NCBI GenBank assembly: GCA_037128135.1
Contig: JBAXXD010000008.1
Location: forward strand, 1,482-65,481
DNA: 64,000 nucleotides
Direction of reading: 5' to 3'
Origin: Verrucomicrobiia bacterium
GTDB lineage: Bacteria; Verrucomicrobiota; Verrucomicrobiia; Chthoniobacterales; Terrimicrobiaceae
Every line of letters starts with the position of its first letter. Within the stretch, counting starts at the first letter, position 1. The position numbers were made by a program, and so were the translations under genes. Shown piece by piece: positions 45,021 through 55,394 of the stretch. The notes beneath the pieces are model-generated. The model ran no database searches. It had not been told where the DNA came from and was given only the letters and a program-made list of their open reading frames with translations.

Positions 45021-46634
45021 TTATCGCCGACCGTCGAGAATCTTTCTCATGTTCGCGCCGAGAATCGGGACGAGCGTATCGTCTGGCAGGTCCATCGACA
45101 GCAACCGTCCGAGCTCCCAGGCTGGTGAGTGCGCGGTCGCATCGGTGCCGAAGACGACTTGCCGGGGGCTGACACGCCGGAGGGTTTCCTCGAAAGGTTT
45201 GGAACAGCAAAAGCTGCCGCACCACTCAAGATAGACGTTGGGATTGTCGCCCGCGAGTTCTTCCGCTTCGAGCCGTCCGGTCTCGCCGCCGCCCGAGTGG
45301 CCCAGCAAAAAGACAGCTTCAGGAAAACGCTTCACAATGTCCTTGAGCATGCCGGGCTGGTTGTATGGACCGTCCCATGTGTGCAACAGGATCGGCATCC
45401 GATGGCTGTGGGCATGCTCCCAAACCGTTTCCAATCGCGGATCGGTCACCGGCAAGCGCCAGTAGTCGCACAGGAGTTTGAAACCGACAAAGAAAGACCG
45501 GGAAAAATAGTCGTCGAGTTGGGTCTTCAGTTCCCCCGCATACAAAGGGTTGAACACGACATACCCACGGAACCGATCCCCGTGCGGGCGAAGACTTTTC
45601 TCCAACGCGAAATTGCCCTCGACCGGATCACCGAGCAACGCTTCCCCGCCGGAGATGATCGCCGTCCGAATTCCGATGCGATCCATGCGCCGCAGCAAAT
45701 CCGCCGTCTCTTCTTCGATGCCTCCCTCCGCGTGCATCCACAAGCCGGATGTCCCGAGATGGCCATGCGCGTCCACGACGTCCAGGTCAAGTGGTTTGCC
45801 TTCCAAGAGGGTTTGCCAGAGATGGCCCTGACAGGAAGGGGCCGTGGATTTTCGCGTGGTGACGCCAAGAAGGCTCTCGATATTTTCGTGAGCGATCAAT
45901 TCCTTGTCTGGATCGGTGATTGGGACGTCCATCAGTTCGGCAATGCTCGCGCCGTTGTGGGCGTGCGGACCTGCGCCAAACACCAACCGGCGGACGCCGA
46001 ATTTCTCGATGATCAATTCAACCGCGCCGCGCATGTGCAGCCAGGAAGTGTCCACAAGGATGTTGTCGCGACGCGCCATCAGGTCGAGCACGGTCGCAAA
46101 CTGAGGCCACATCGTCTGCGTGTAGATGAAAGACAACCCGGGAAAATGTCCGGCCAGTTGAAGCAGATCATTCGGCGCATTGAGCTCGAAGCGATCCACC
46201 AGCACGACAGGCTTGTGCCCGGCGATTTCCGCGAGAATCGGCTCAACCTGCGCCAACGGGTGCCGCAACGTCGCAGGACAAAGACGGATGGCCCGCACCT
46301 GCCGGGAGGCAAAGGCTTGTTCGACCTGCTCCATGGCGCCCCGTTCGTAAAGCAGGCTCGGCCCGATGACGAACGCGGGAAGGAGCCGATCGGAGGCAGC
46401 TGCAAGTTCGTCCAGCAATCGTTGGTTGCCAAAGTGCGGGTTGTAGTCGCGGGCCGCGATATGAAAAACGATTGCGCTCCCGATACCGAGGCGATCCATC
46501 CGGGCCAGAAGATGCGCAGGCGTCGGAAACTCCGGCCGCACGGTCGCCGAACAACCGAAACTTCCATTCACGTCAAACCAGGTGGGCAACTTCATCAGGA
46601 ATGCCTCCGGGAACGGTGGTTTACTGAAATACAA
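45021..46634 (-). CDS. amidohydrolase-family protein, tandem two-domain
   Basis: 537-aa ORF. The C-terminal half has VVDAHGHLG (HxH) and is amidohydrolase_2-like. The N-terminal half is similar in outline but has WFDVNGSFG where HxH would be. Confidence 0.75.
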   Translation of the reverse strand: MYFSKPPFPEAFLMKLPTWFDVNGSFGCSATVRPEFPTPAHLLARMDRLGIGSAIVFHIAARDYNPHFGNQRLLDELAAASDRLLPAFVIGPSLLYERGAMEQVEQAFASRQVRAIRLCPATLRHPLAQVEPILAEIAGHKPVVLVDRFELNAPNDLLQLAGHFPGLSFIYTQTMWPQFATVLDLMARRDNILVDTSWLHMRGAVELIIEKFGVRRLVFGAGPHAHNGASIAELMDVPITDPDKELIAHENIESLLGVTTRKSTAPSCQGHLWQTLLEGKPLDLDVVDAHGHLGTSGLWMHAEGGIEEETADLLRRMDRIGIRTAIISGGEALLGDPVEGNFALEKSLRPHGDRFRGYVVFNPLYAGELKTQLDDYFSRSFFVGFKLLCDYWRLPVTDPRLETVWEHAHSHRMPILLHTWDGPYNQPGMLKDIVKRFPEAVFLLGHSGGGETGRLEAEELAGDNPNVYLEWCGSFCCSKPFEETLRRVSPRQVVFGTDATAHSPAWELGRLLSMDLPDDTLVPILGANMRKILDGRR

Positions 46635-46662
46635 ATCATCTCCGGCGTAGGTGTGGGGGCGG

Positions 46663-47985
46663 TCATGAATGGGAGAGGGTGCAAAACGCGGACAGAACCT
46701 TGTTGATGCCTGCTGCGACGGCCTCGCAATCTTCGGGCGTCCACCACTGGTTGAGGCCTACGCTGACAGATCGGTCATGGAGATCGGCCCCCACCGGGCA
46801 GCGGTCGGCCCGGCAATTGTCCGAGAAATCGCGGAAGAGGGGGAACATGTCACGATAAACATGCCAGTCGGGAGACGCGTTGCCACCCCGGTAACCGGCA
46901 CCAATCCCCTCGGCCATCAGCGCGTCGCGGATCTTGCGGCCCAGATCATGGGTCTTTGGGAAAAAGCGCAGCAGGTAGCCGATATCGCCCTCCGGATCGT
47001 TGCTCTTCTGCCAAATGATCCCGTCGAAAGCGCCTAATCTTTCCCGGATGCTCCGCCACACGGCGCGGTGACGGGAGACCACTCCGTCGAGTTTGCGGAG
47101 TTGGACAACATTGATGGCCGACTCCAGTTCGGAAAGGCGGTAGTTGGCGCCCACGAAGAGTTCGCCGGGATAACGCTCCGGTGCAAAACGATTGGATCGC
47201 CAGAGTCCTCCCGCCTCGGCCACCTGACGCACGCGGTCGTAAGAACGTTCGTCTTTCGTGATCACCATGCCGCCCTCGCCTCCCCCGATGATTTTGTAGC
47301 AGGAGATGCTGAAGCAGCCGAAGTCTCCGAGCGATCCCACTGGACGCCCCCGATAGCTTGCCCCGGGAGATTGCGCGCAATCCTCGATCACCTTCAAGTT
47401 GTGCTTGCGGGCGATGGCAAGGACGGGGTCCATGTCGCAAACAAAGCCCATGTGATGGGTTGGCACGATCACCACGGTCCGGGGGGTGACGAGAGCCTCC
47501 AGGCGGGAGGGATCCATCTGAAGGGATTCATCCACGTCGCAAAAAACGGGAGTGGCCCCCACCAAGGCCGCAGCCATGCTGGTGGCGACAAATCCGGTCG
47601 CGGGACAGATGACTTCCTTTCCCGGTCCCGCGCCCGCGCCCACCATGGCGCAATGAAGCGCGGCGGTACCGGAACTCACGGCCAGCGCATATTTGACGCC
47701 GAACTTCTCGCGGGCCAGTGCTTCGAACTGCTCCCCTTTGATCGGTTTCGGGTTGCCATAGTAGCGCCCCAGATGCGGGCCGCCCACCGGGAGGTCCTTG
47801 TCGGAGACGGCTGCGGAGAGTCGCCCCATCGCTTCCGGGTTGAACCCGAAACGCTCCGCGATGGAAAGAAACTCCTCCACACCCACTTTGGGGGGGACGT
47901 TTCCGGGTCCGGGGGAGAAAGCCTTGGGGCCACCATCTTGGGCAAGCCCCGGTGTTTCGACGTCAAGAGGTGTCAATGTGGTCAT
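46663..47985 (-). CDS. DegT/DnrJ/EryC1/StrS-family PLP aminotransferase
   Basis: 440-aa ORF. ALAVSSGTAALHCAM..., PVFCDVD, and SISCYKIIGGGEGG (putative PLP lysine). Confidence 0.85.
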   Translation of the reverse strand: MTTLTPLDVETPGLAQDGGPKAFSPGPGNVPPKVGVEEFLSIAERFGFNPEAMGRLSAAVSDKDLPVGGPHLGRYYGNPKPIKGEQFEALAREKFGVKYALAVSSGTAALHCAMVGAGAGPGKEVICPATGFVATSMAAALVGATPVFCDVDESLQMDPSRLEALVTPRTVVIVPTHHMGFVCDMDPVLAIARKHNLKVIEDCAQSPGASYRGRPVGSLGDFGCFSISCYKIIGGGEGGMVITKDERSYDRVRQVAEAGGLWRSNRFAPERYPGELFVGANYRLSELESAINVVQLRKLDGVVSRHRAVWRSIRERLGAFDGIIWQKSNDPEGDIGYLLRFFPKTHDLGRKIRDALMAEGIGAGYRGGNASPDWHVYRDMFPLFRDFSDNCRADRCPVGADLHDRSVSVGLNQWWTPEDCEAVAAGINKVLSAFCTLSHS

Positions 47986-48097
47986 GGAATATTTTCTTGC
48001 GGTTGTATAGGCAGGATCGCGGCATCTTCGCTCTGGACGCCGTTTTCTGGAATGGCTAAAAGTATCGTTTGCATATCATTTTCTATCAAAGAAAAGC

Positions 48098-48961
48098 ATG
48101 ACTTCCTCCGGCGTCATTCCACGAAACAGCAAGCTTCCAAAAGCGGCGTTGGAGATCGCCCACACTGGAGCCTCACGTTTCCACACCACCCGGTGGACAC
48201 ATCATTGCCTGCCGTATTGGGTGCTGGATGAAATCAACCAAGGGCGGCAAAAACAACGGATTGGAAAGGGGAAAGTCTTCACCCGGCTGAGCGGGCTGGC
48301 GGCTTTCTATGCGCCGGGATGCGAGTATCACGAGTGGCAGTCCGATGGCGGATCCCTCCGCGAATCCTTCATGGTCTTTTCCGCATGGGGCGATCTGGAG
48401 ATGACGCTCCGCCGGCTTGTGGGCAGGCGGGGTTGGTGCCACATCCTGGATCCGGAACATCTGATCGGCGACCGGCTTCAGCACCTCGGCGATCTTGTCT
48501 TTCGTCGCCGTCCGGGTTTCGGACTCCTGGCGCACGCGGCGATGCTGGAGTTGCTGGGCATGCTTGTCGTGGCGCCCAGAGTGGGCCCAACCAGGTTCGA
48601 AGTGCGTGCGGAGACTTGGGGAAGAAAGCGGGATCTCGTGCAATCGGTCGAAGGTTATGTGCGGGATCATGTCGCCGAGCCGTTGAGTGTCGTGGACCTT
48701 GCCGTGCACTTGAAGATGAGCCTGCCGACCTTCTCTCGCACCTATCCTCGCGTGGCGGGGGAAACCCCCGGTTGCACTGTGCGGCGTCTGAAGGTTGAGG
48801 CCGCAAAACGTTTGCTGCTTGGGGAACGGTTAGGCATCAAGGAATGCGCCCTGAGGTTGGGCTTCTCCTCCGAATTTCATTTTTCGCGCCTGTTCAAACG
48901 GCTCGAAGGCCTCCCTCCCAGCGAGTATGTGGATTCCCTTTCGCGCGGGCGCTCTGCATGA
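48098..48961 (+). CDS. AraC family transcriptional regulator
   Basis: 287-aa ORF with a C-terminal double HTH (VDLAVHLKMSLPTFSRTYPRVAGETP...ECALRLGFSSEFHFSRLFKR). Divergent from the aminotransferase operon. Confidence 0.8.
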   Translation: MTSSGVIPRNSKLPKAALEIAHTGASRFHTTRWTHHCLPYWVLDEINQGRQKQRIGKGKVFTRLSGLAAFYAPGCEYHEWQSDGGSLRESFMVFSAWGDLEMTLRRLVGRRGWCHILDPEHLIGDRLQHLGDLVFRRRPGFGLLAHAAMLELLGMLVVAPRVGPTRFEVRAETWGRKRDLVQSVEGYVRDHVAEPLSVVDLAVHLKMSLPTFSRTYPRVAGETPGCTVRRLKVEAAKRLLLGERLGIKECALRLGFSSEFHFSRLFKRLEGLPPSEYVDSLSRGRSA

Positions 48962-48987
48962 GGTCAGCGATTCGCGAAGTGCCCTCT

Positions 48988-49021
48988 GATAGGAAATTAC
49001 TTTCGGCCCCGCGGGGCGTTG
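48988..49021. repeat. interspersed module D, copy 3
   Basis: TGATAGGAAATTACTTTCGGCCCCGCGGGGCGTTG, lying between convergent genes. Confidence 0.6.
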
Positions 49022-49043
49022 ACACCCAGCTTCCCGCCGGTGC

Positions 49044-50099
49044 TCAGCGGCCTTTGATGGCCGTGAGGACAGTGTCGAATTTTGAGGCCTGCTCGCCGAC
49101 GTCCTCGAAGGTCTGCATCCTGGCCATCTCCTGATCGGTCGGGAAGCTGGCGGGATTCGCGCGCTGCCCGGGCGTCAGCAGTTTGCGGGCGGCCAGGTTC
49201 GGGTTCGTGGACGGGCGCGCGTCGGAGGCCTCCTTGCCGATCTCCGGGCGGAGGAGGAAACCGATGAAGGCTTCGGCGTTCGTCACGTTGTCTGCGGACT
49301 TCGGGATCACGAGGCTGGCGATCGCGAGGTGCGCGCCCTCGGCCGGGATCACCCACCGGAACTTTTTGTCTTTGTCGAGCAGGGCCGCCGCCTCGCTTCC
49401 CCGGACGACGCCGAGCGCCGCGTCGCCGGCGGCCAGCGCGGCCTCCGGGCTGCCGGAGACCTTCGCGAGCGGAAGCCAGCACGCCAGGAGGGCCTCCGCT
49501 TTTTTGAGGTTCTCATCGGTCGCCTCGTTGATCGGAATCCCCTGCGCGAGAAATCCCAAAGTCACGATCTCGCGGGCGTCATCCAGAACAACAATCGCCC
49601 GCCTGTTCTTCTCCACGAACACATCCGCAAATCCCCTGATGCCCTCCGGAATTTGTTCCGCGTTGAAGACGATCCCCACCGGGCTGGCGAAAAAGGGGAC
49701 GCTGAACTTGTTGCCGGGATCGAAGCTCCTGTTCAGAAAGGTCGGCGCAATATTTTTAAAATTCGGAATCCTGGCGCGGTCGATCGGATGCAGCAGTCCG
49801 TCCTTCGCCAGAGCGCCTGCGGCATCCTCGTCGGCCTCGACGAGATCGTAGGGGTCGCCGTGAAGCAGCCCGGCGAGCATTTCCTCCTTCGCTGCGTAGT
49901 TCTCGACAAAGACGGCGATGCCAGTCTCCTTTGTGAACCGGGCGATGACAGTTTGCGGGAGGGATTCCGGTCGGCAGAAGACGCGGAGCTCCCGGCTTCC
50001 GAGGGACGGCGGAACAGGAGGAACAGGCGGCACCTCCGGAGCCTTCCCGCATCCGGCCAGCGCGAGCGCGGCCAGAGCGACGAGCAGGGGCAGACGCAT
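49044..50099 (-). CDS. PotD/PotF-like periplasmic polyamine-binding lipoprotein
   Basis: 351-aa ORF with lipobox LALAGC. Family-1 solute-binding pattern (LRVFCRPESLP...YDLVEADEDAAGALAKDGLLHPID). No adjacent ABC permease or ATPase genes. Confidence 0.8.
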   Translation of the reverse strand: MRLPLLVALAALALAGCGKAPEVPPVPPVPPSLGSRELRVFCRPESLPQTVIARFTKETGIAVFVENYAAKEEMLAGLLHGDPYDLVEADEDAAGALAKDGLLHPIDRARIPNFKNIAPTFLNRSFDPGNKFSVPFFASPVGIVFNAEQIPEGIRGFADVFVEKNRRAIVVLDDAREIVTLGFLAQGIPINEATDENLKKAEALLACWLPLAKVSGSPEAALAAGDAALGVVRGSEAAALLDKDKKFRWVIPAEGAHLAIASLVIPKSADNVTNAEAFIGFLLRPEIGKEASDARPSTNPNLAARKLLTPGQRANPASFPTDQEMARMQTFEDVGEQASKFDTVLTAIKGR

Positions 50100-50105
50100 T
50101 TGAGA

Positions 50106-51077
50106 TCAGAGGATTTTCAGCCGGGTCAGATCCTGCGAATCCACGACGCCGATCGGCTGGTTGTTTTCGTTCACCACGACGAGATCGTCAATCCGGTTGT
50201 GCTCGAGGATCTGCAGGACCTCGGCCGCGAGTTTGTCCCCGGAGATCGTGATCGGGTTCCTGGTCATGAATTCCCCCACCGGGCGCGGGCCGATGTCGGG
50301 GGTTCCGGGAAAATGGCGCGCAAAATCGCCGTGGGTGAAGATCCCCTCCAGCCGCCCGTCGGCGGAAACAATCACCGCCGCACCGGCCCGGCGGGCGGTC
50401 ATTCCGCGCACCGCATCGAGCACCGAGTCGTCCGCGGAAAGCACCACCAGTTCCTCCGCCGCGCGCATGATCTGGTTGACCCGCAGGAGGAGCCCGCGAC
50501 CGAGGCTGCCGCCCGGATGGAATCGTGCGAAGTCCTCTTTCCGGAAGCCTCGCGCTTCGAGCAGTGCCATCGCAACGGCGTCGCCGAGAATGAGCATGAC
50601 CGTGGTGCTCGAGGTGGGAGCGAGGTTCAGCGGGCAGGCCTCCTGCGAAACTCCGACGTCCAGCACGGCGCTGGCGGCCTTCGCGAGTGTCGAGCCCGTG
50701 TTGCCGGTGATCGCGATCACCGGAAGCCCCATGCGCACGAATGAGGGCAGGACGGCCAGCAGCTCGTCGGTCTCCCCGCTGTGGCTCAGCGCGAGCACGA
50801 CATCCCCCTCCGCCACGACGCCCAGATCGCCGTGTAGCGCGTTCAGCGAATTCAGCACCACCGCGGGCGAGCCGGTGCTCGTCAGCGTCGCTGCAATCTT
50901 CTCCCCGATGTGGCCGGATTTCCCGACGCCCAGCACCACCACCTTCCCGCGCGCCTCGACCGCCGCCTTGATCAGATCCACCGCGCGGTCGAAATTCCCG
51001 TCCAGGCGCGCGCAGACCGCCGCCGCCTCCTCGATTTCGATTTCAAAAACCCTCTTCGCCCGTTCCAAATAATTCAT
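50106..51077 (-). CDS. kdsD: arabinose-5-phosphate isomerase (KdsD/KpsF; SIS + 2 CBS)
   Basis: The internal ATG 51077 gives 323 aa. SIS motif VVVLGVGKSGHIGEKIAATLTSTGSPA, followed by a tandem CBS pair. Confidence 0.9.
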   Translation of the reverse strand: MNYLERAKRVFEIEIEEAAAVCARLDGNFDRAVDLIKAAVEARGKVVVLGVGKSGHIGEKIAATLTSTGSPAVVLNSLNALHGDLGVVAEGDVVLALSHSGETDELLAVLPSFVRMGLPVIAITGNTGSTLAKAASAVLDVGVSQEACPLNLAPTSSTTVMLILGDAVAMALLEARGFRKEDFARFHPGGSLGRGLLLRVNQIMRAAEELVVLSADDSVLDAVRGMTARRAGAAVIVSADGRLEGIFTHGDFARHFPGTPDIGPRPVGEFMTRNPITISGDKLAAEVLQILEHNRIDDLVVVNENNQPIGVVDSQDLTRLKIL

Positions 51078-51205
51078 GCGCGCAGCATGCGCCCATCCGG
51101 CAAGCCATGAAAAGGCAAAACCGGGGAGTAACAAGTGCCACGTCACTTTTCCCGCTCGCATCCTCCAAGGGAGTCGCTCCCGGCCCGATGCCGGAAACAA
51201 AAGCT

Positions 51206-51260
51206 GGTGCGGCTGTAGCCACACCCGCGTCGGGCGTGTTGGCGGGCGCGTCCGGCACGG
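51206..51260. repeat. interspersed module B, copy 2
   Basis: GGTGCGGCTGTAGCCACACCCGCGTCGGGCGTGTTGGCGGGCGCGTCCGGCACGG is the inverted counterpart of 31622-31677. Confidence 0.75.
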
Positions 51261-51272
51261 ACGCTACAGGGG

Positions 51273-51293
51273 AAACGGGCGTCCCGCCCGTTT
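51273..51293. repeat. GC-rich hairpin AAACGGGC-GTCCC-GCCCGTTT
   Basis: 8-bp perfect stem read directly. It sits between modules B and C in the kdsD-dipeptidase gap. Confidence 0.7.
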
Positions 51294-51315
51294 GGGCGCT
51301 GGCTTTGCAAGCGCA

Positions 51316-51366
51316 GGCGAGTGTCTTCCACATCCGAGATTCCCGTGCCCGCTGAGCTTTCGCGTT
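51316..51366. repeat. interspersed module C, copy 2
   Basis: GGCGAGTGTCTTCCACATCCGAGATTCCCGTGCCCGCTGAGCTTTCGCGTT aligns with 22940-22990. Confidence 0.75.
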
Positions 51367-51410
51367 TGATGCGTCGTTGTAAAGCAGCCGTTCCAGCTGG
51401 GGCTCTTTGA

Positions 51411-52061
51411 TCATTTGGTGGACGGGTGATCGCGTTGGCCTTTTGCAAGTTCCTCTATTGAGATGTCCAAGACGGGGTACGACTTCCAATTTTGCAAATC
51501 AAAGTGCCACCACTCGGTCGCGAAGGGAGCAAACCCGTGTGAGGTCATGACGGCTTCGAGGAGTCTGGCATTGGCCGATTCCTCGGCGCTCGCCCCGGCA
51601 TAATCCCGGTGTGCCTTCTCCGTGAAGTCGTCGAAGCCCGATGGCATGGGAAGCGGATTCCCCATCAGGTCAACGAGCGCGACATCCACGGCAGTGCCGC
51701 GAGTGTGCCGGCCTTGGTTGACCGCAGGATTGCTGACGTAGCGCTCATCCTGAACGAGATCCCACATCTTTTGCTGAACGGAGAGCGGTCTGTAGCCATC
51801 GAAAACTTTCAGCGCCATTCCCTTCCCGCGCAAAGCAGATTGGACGGCGATGAGAGCGAGGCGAGCATCTTTGTGGAGCCAGACTACGGGACACGGATAG
51901 AGTTTTTCCCCTGTAAAATTCAGACGAGTCGCATAGCGGACGTCCAGCACGGGGGGATCCGGGGATTCGGCCAGATTCACCAGATCATGCGGGGCGGCGG
52001 GAACCGAGCACAGGCCGATGCCCGTCGCGAGGATGGCTGCAATAAAGAGTTTTGTGCGCAT
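51411..52061 (-). CDS. D-alanyl-D-alanine dipeptidase (VanX/DdpX-like, peptidase M15D)
   Basis: The internal ATG 52061 gives a signal peptide (MRTKLFIAAILATGIGLCS). Motifs FDGYRPLSVQ, HTRGTAVDV and EWWHFD. Confidence 0.85.
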   Translation of the reverse strand: MRTKLFIAAILATGIGLCSVPAAPHDLVNLAESPDPPVLDVRYATRLNFTGEKLYPCPVVWLHKDARLALIAVQSALRGKGMALKVFDGYRPLSVQQKMWDLVQDERYVSNPAVNQGRHTRGTAVDVALVDLMGNPLPMPSGFDDFTEKAHRDYAGASAEESANARLLEAVMTSHGFAPFATEWWHFDLQNWKSYPVLDISIEELAKGQRDHPSTK

Positions 52062-52343
52062 TTGTGCCGAGCCGGCTGACTGATACCACGCTCCCCCAGC
52101 CAATTCAACTTTCGCGCCAACTTTTGCCCCGCGCGAAAATATGGTGTGATTCACCGCTTCCACGTCGAGGCACCGGTGCGCTTTTTTCGCATTTCTTCAA
52201 ATAGCAATCTGCCTGACCTCTTCCGCTGCGTCGTGAAGCAGGAATGCAATAAAAAATGACTGACACATTCGTCCAACCAAGAACTGGTTTTCTTTCCTCC
52301 CAAGCCCTTGCGCATGGAGGCGTCGGCGCGTAAGTTCGCCGAC

Positions 52344-53216
52344 ATGAAACGCCTCACCGCCATTTTTCTTCTCACGGCCGGCGCCGCGATGGCTGCCGGC
52401 CTGCCGGACTCTGTGGTTTTTGTCGGGCGGGATCGTTTCCAGCGCCTGGTCGCCCGCGGGGCCGCGGAAAACTGGGCGGCTCTGCCGATCGGCGAGCGGG
52501 TCGCCACGGTCGGCCGCGCGCTCGTTGGCACCCCGTATTTGAATTACACGCTCGAGCTCGACCCGCGGATCGAGACCCCCTGCGTGAACATGAAGGGGAT
52601 GGACTGCTGGACGCTCTTCGAGATCGCGCTCGGAACCGCGCGCGCGCTCAAGCAAAGCCCGGATCCGCAACCGCGCGACCTGCTCCGCATGATCGAGCTC
52701 GACCGCTACCGCGGGGGCAGGTGCGATGGAAAATTCACCTCGCGCCTCCACCACCTCGAAGACTGGCTGCAGGACAACCAGCGGCGCGGGCTCGTGAAAG
52801 ACATCACGCCCGCGCTCCCGGGCGCAAGGAAGCTTTGCCGCGAGATGGACTATATGGGAGGAAAAGCCTCGCGCCTCTTCCGGCAGCTCCGGGCAGACCC
52901 CTCGATGGTTCCCGTGATGGCCCGCATCGAACGCTGGCTCTCCGAGCGCGGGATCACTTACGTTCCGAAATCCTTCGTCCCCGCCGCGGAAAAATTCCTG
53001 CGCGACGGCGACATCATCTGCATCGTCACCACATGGCACGGCGACTACACCTCGCATGTCGGGCTCGCCGTGCGCGACGCCAAGGGGACGCTCCGCTTCC
53101 TGCACGCCTCGAAAAACTCGCGCGCGGTCATCGTTGACCGACGCCTGAGCGATTACCTCAACCGGTTTTCCGGCGACGCGGGGATCATGGTCGGCCGCCC
53201 GAACGACCTCCCCTGA
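52344..53216 (+). CDS. DUF1460 (AmiA-like NlpC/P60-type) protein
   Basis: The internal ATG 52344 gives a signal peptide (MKRLTAIFLLTAGAAMA). GMDCWTLFE (Cys) and YTSHVGLAV (His) fit the DUF1460 cysteine-peptidase-like pattern (from memory). Confidence 0.7.
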   Translation: MKRLTAIFLLTAGAAMAAGLPDSVVFVGRDRFQRLVARGAAENWAALPIGERVATVGRALVGTPYLNYTLELDPRIETPCVNMKGMDCWTLFEIALGTARALKQSPDPQPRDLLRMIELDRYRGGRCDGKFTSRLHHLEDWLQDNQRRGLVKDITPALPGARKLCREMDYMGGKASRLFRQLRADPSMVPVMARIERWLSERGITYVPKSFVPAAEKFLRDGDIICIVTTWHGDYTSHVGLAVRDAKGTLRFLHASKNSRAVIVDRRLSDYLNRFSGDAGIMVGRPNDLP

Positions 53217-53243
53217 GATTCCCCGAAAAAGCCAAGCCGGGAG

Positions 53244-53954
53244 TCAGGGCGCCCGGACTCCGCCGAACCGGCGATCCCGGTTTTGAAATTCGTCCACGGC
53301 TTCGAGGAAGTCGGCCTTCACGAAATCCGGCCAGAGTTTTTTTGTGACATGGATTTCCGTGTAGCTGAGCTGCCAGAGGAGGAAGTTCGAGAGGCGCATT
53401 TCGCCGGAGGTTCGGATGAGGAGATCAGGGTCGGGGATGCCGGAGGTGTAGAGGCGGGAGGAGATGAGCTCAGGGGTGATGCTGTTGGGATCGAGCGCGC
53501 CCGCTGCCGCGTCACGGGCGATCGAGCGGATGGCATCCTGGATCTCGCCGCGGCCGCTGTAGCTCAGGGCGAGGATGACATGGAGGCGGGAGTTGTGGGC
53601 GGTCGCCGCGACGACCTCGTCGAGCTTTTTGCGGCAGGGTTTCGGCAGGTCGTCGAGCCGCCCGATCGCACGCAGGCGGACGCCCTCGCGCAGCATCTCC
53701 TCCTTTTTCTCGTTGAGGAACCGCTCGAGGAGAAGCATCAGGCCGTTGACCTCGAGCGCCGGGCGCTTCCAGTTTTCCGAGGAGAACGCGTAGAGGGTGA
53801 GGAACTCGATGCCGGTCTCCATGCAGGCTTCCACGCACTGGCGGATGGATTTCGATCCCTGCTCGTGGCCTGCCAGCCGGGGCAGGCCGCGCTGCTGCGC
53901 CCACCGTCCGTTGCCGTCCATAATGACGGCGACATGGCGCGGAATGCTTTTCAC
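53244..53954 (-). CDS. uppS: isoprenyl transferase (undecaprenyl diphosphate synthase)
   Basis: 236-aa ORF. HVAVIMDGNGRWA, FSSENWKRP and RLSNFLLWQ motifs. Confidence 0.9.
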   Translation of the reverse strand: MKSIPRHVAVIMDGNGRWAQQRGLPRLAGHEQGSKSIRQCVEACMETGIEFLTLYAFSSENWKRPALEVNGLMLLLERFLNEKKEEMLREGVRLRAIGRLDDLPKPCRKKLDEVVAATAHNSRLHVILALSYSGRGEIQDAIRSIARDAAAGALDPNSITPELISSRLYTSGIPDPDLLIRTSGEMRLSNFLLWQLSYTEIHVTKKLWPDFVKADFLEAVDEFQNRDRRFGGVRAP

Positions 53955-53959
53955 GGGGG

Positions 53960-55348
<1,389 letters not shown>

Positions 55349-55394
55349 TTACCGCCCTCCACAAAAAATTCCCCTTAACTTACTCCGTATTAAT

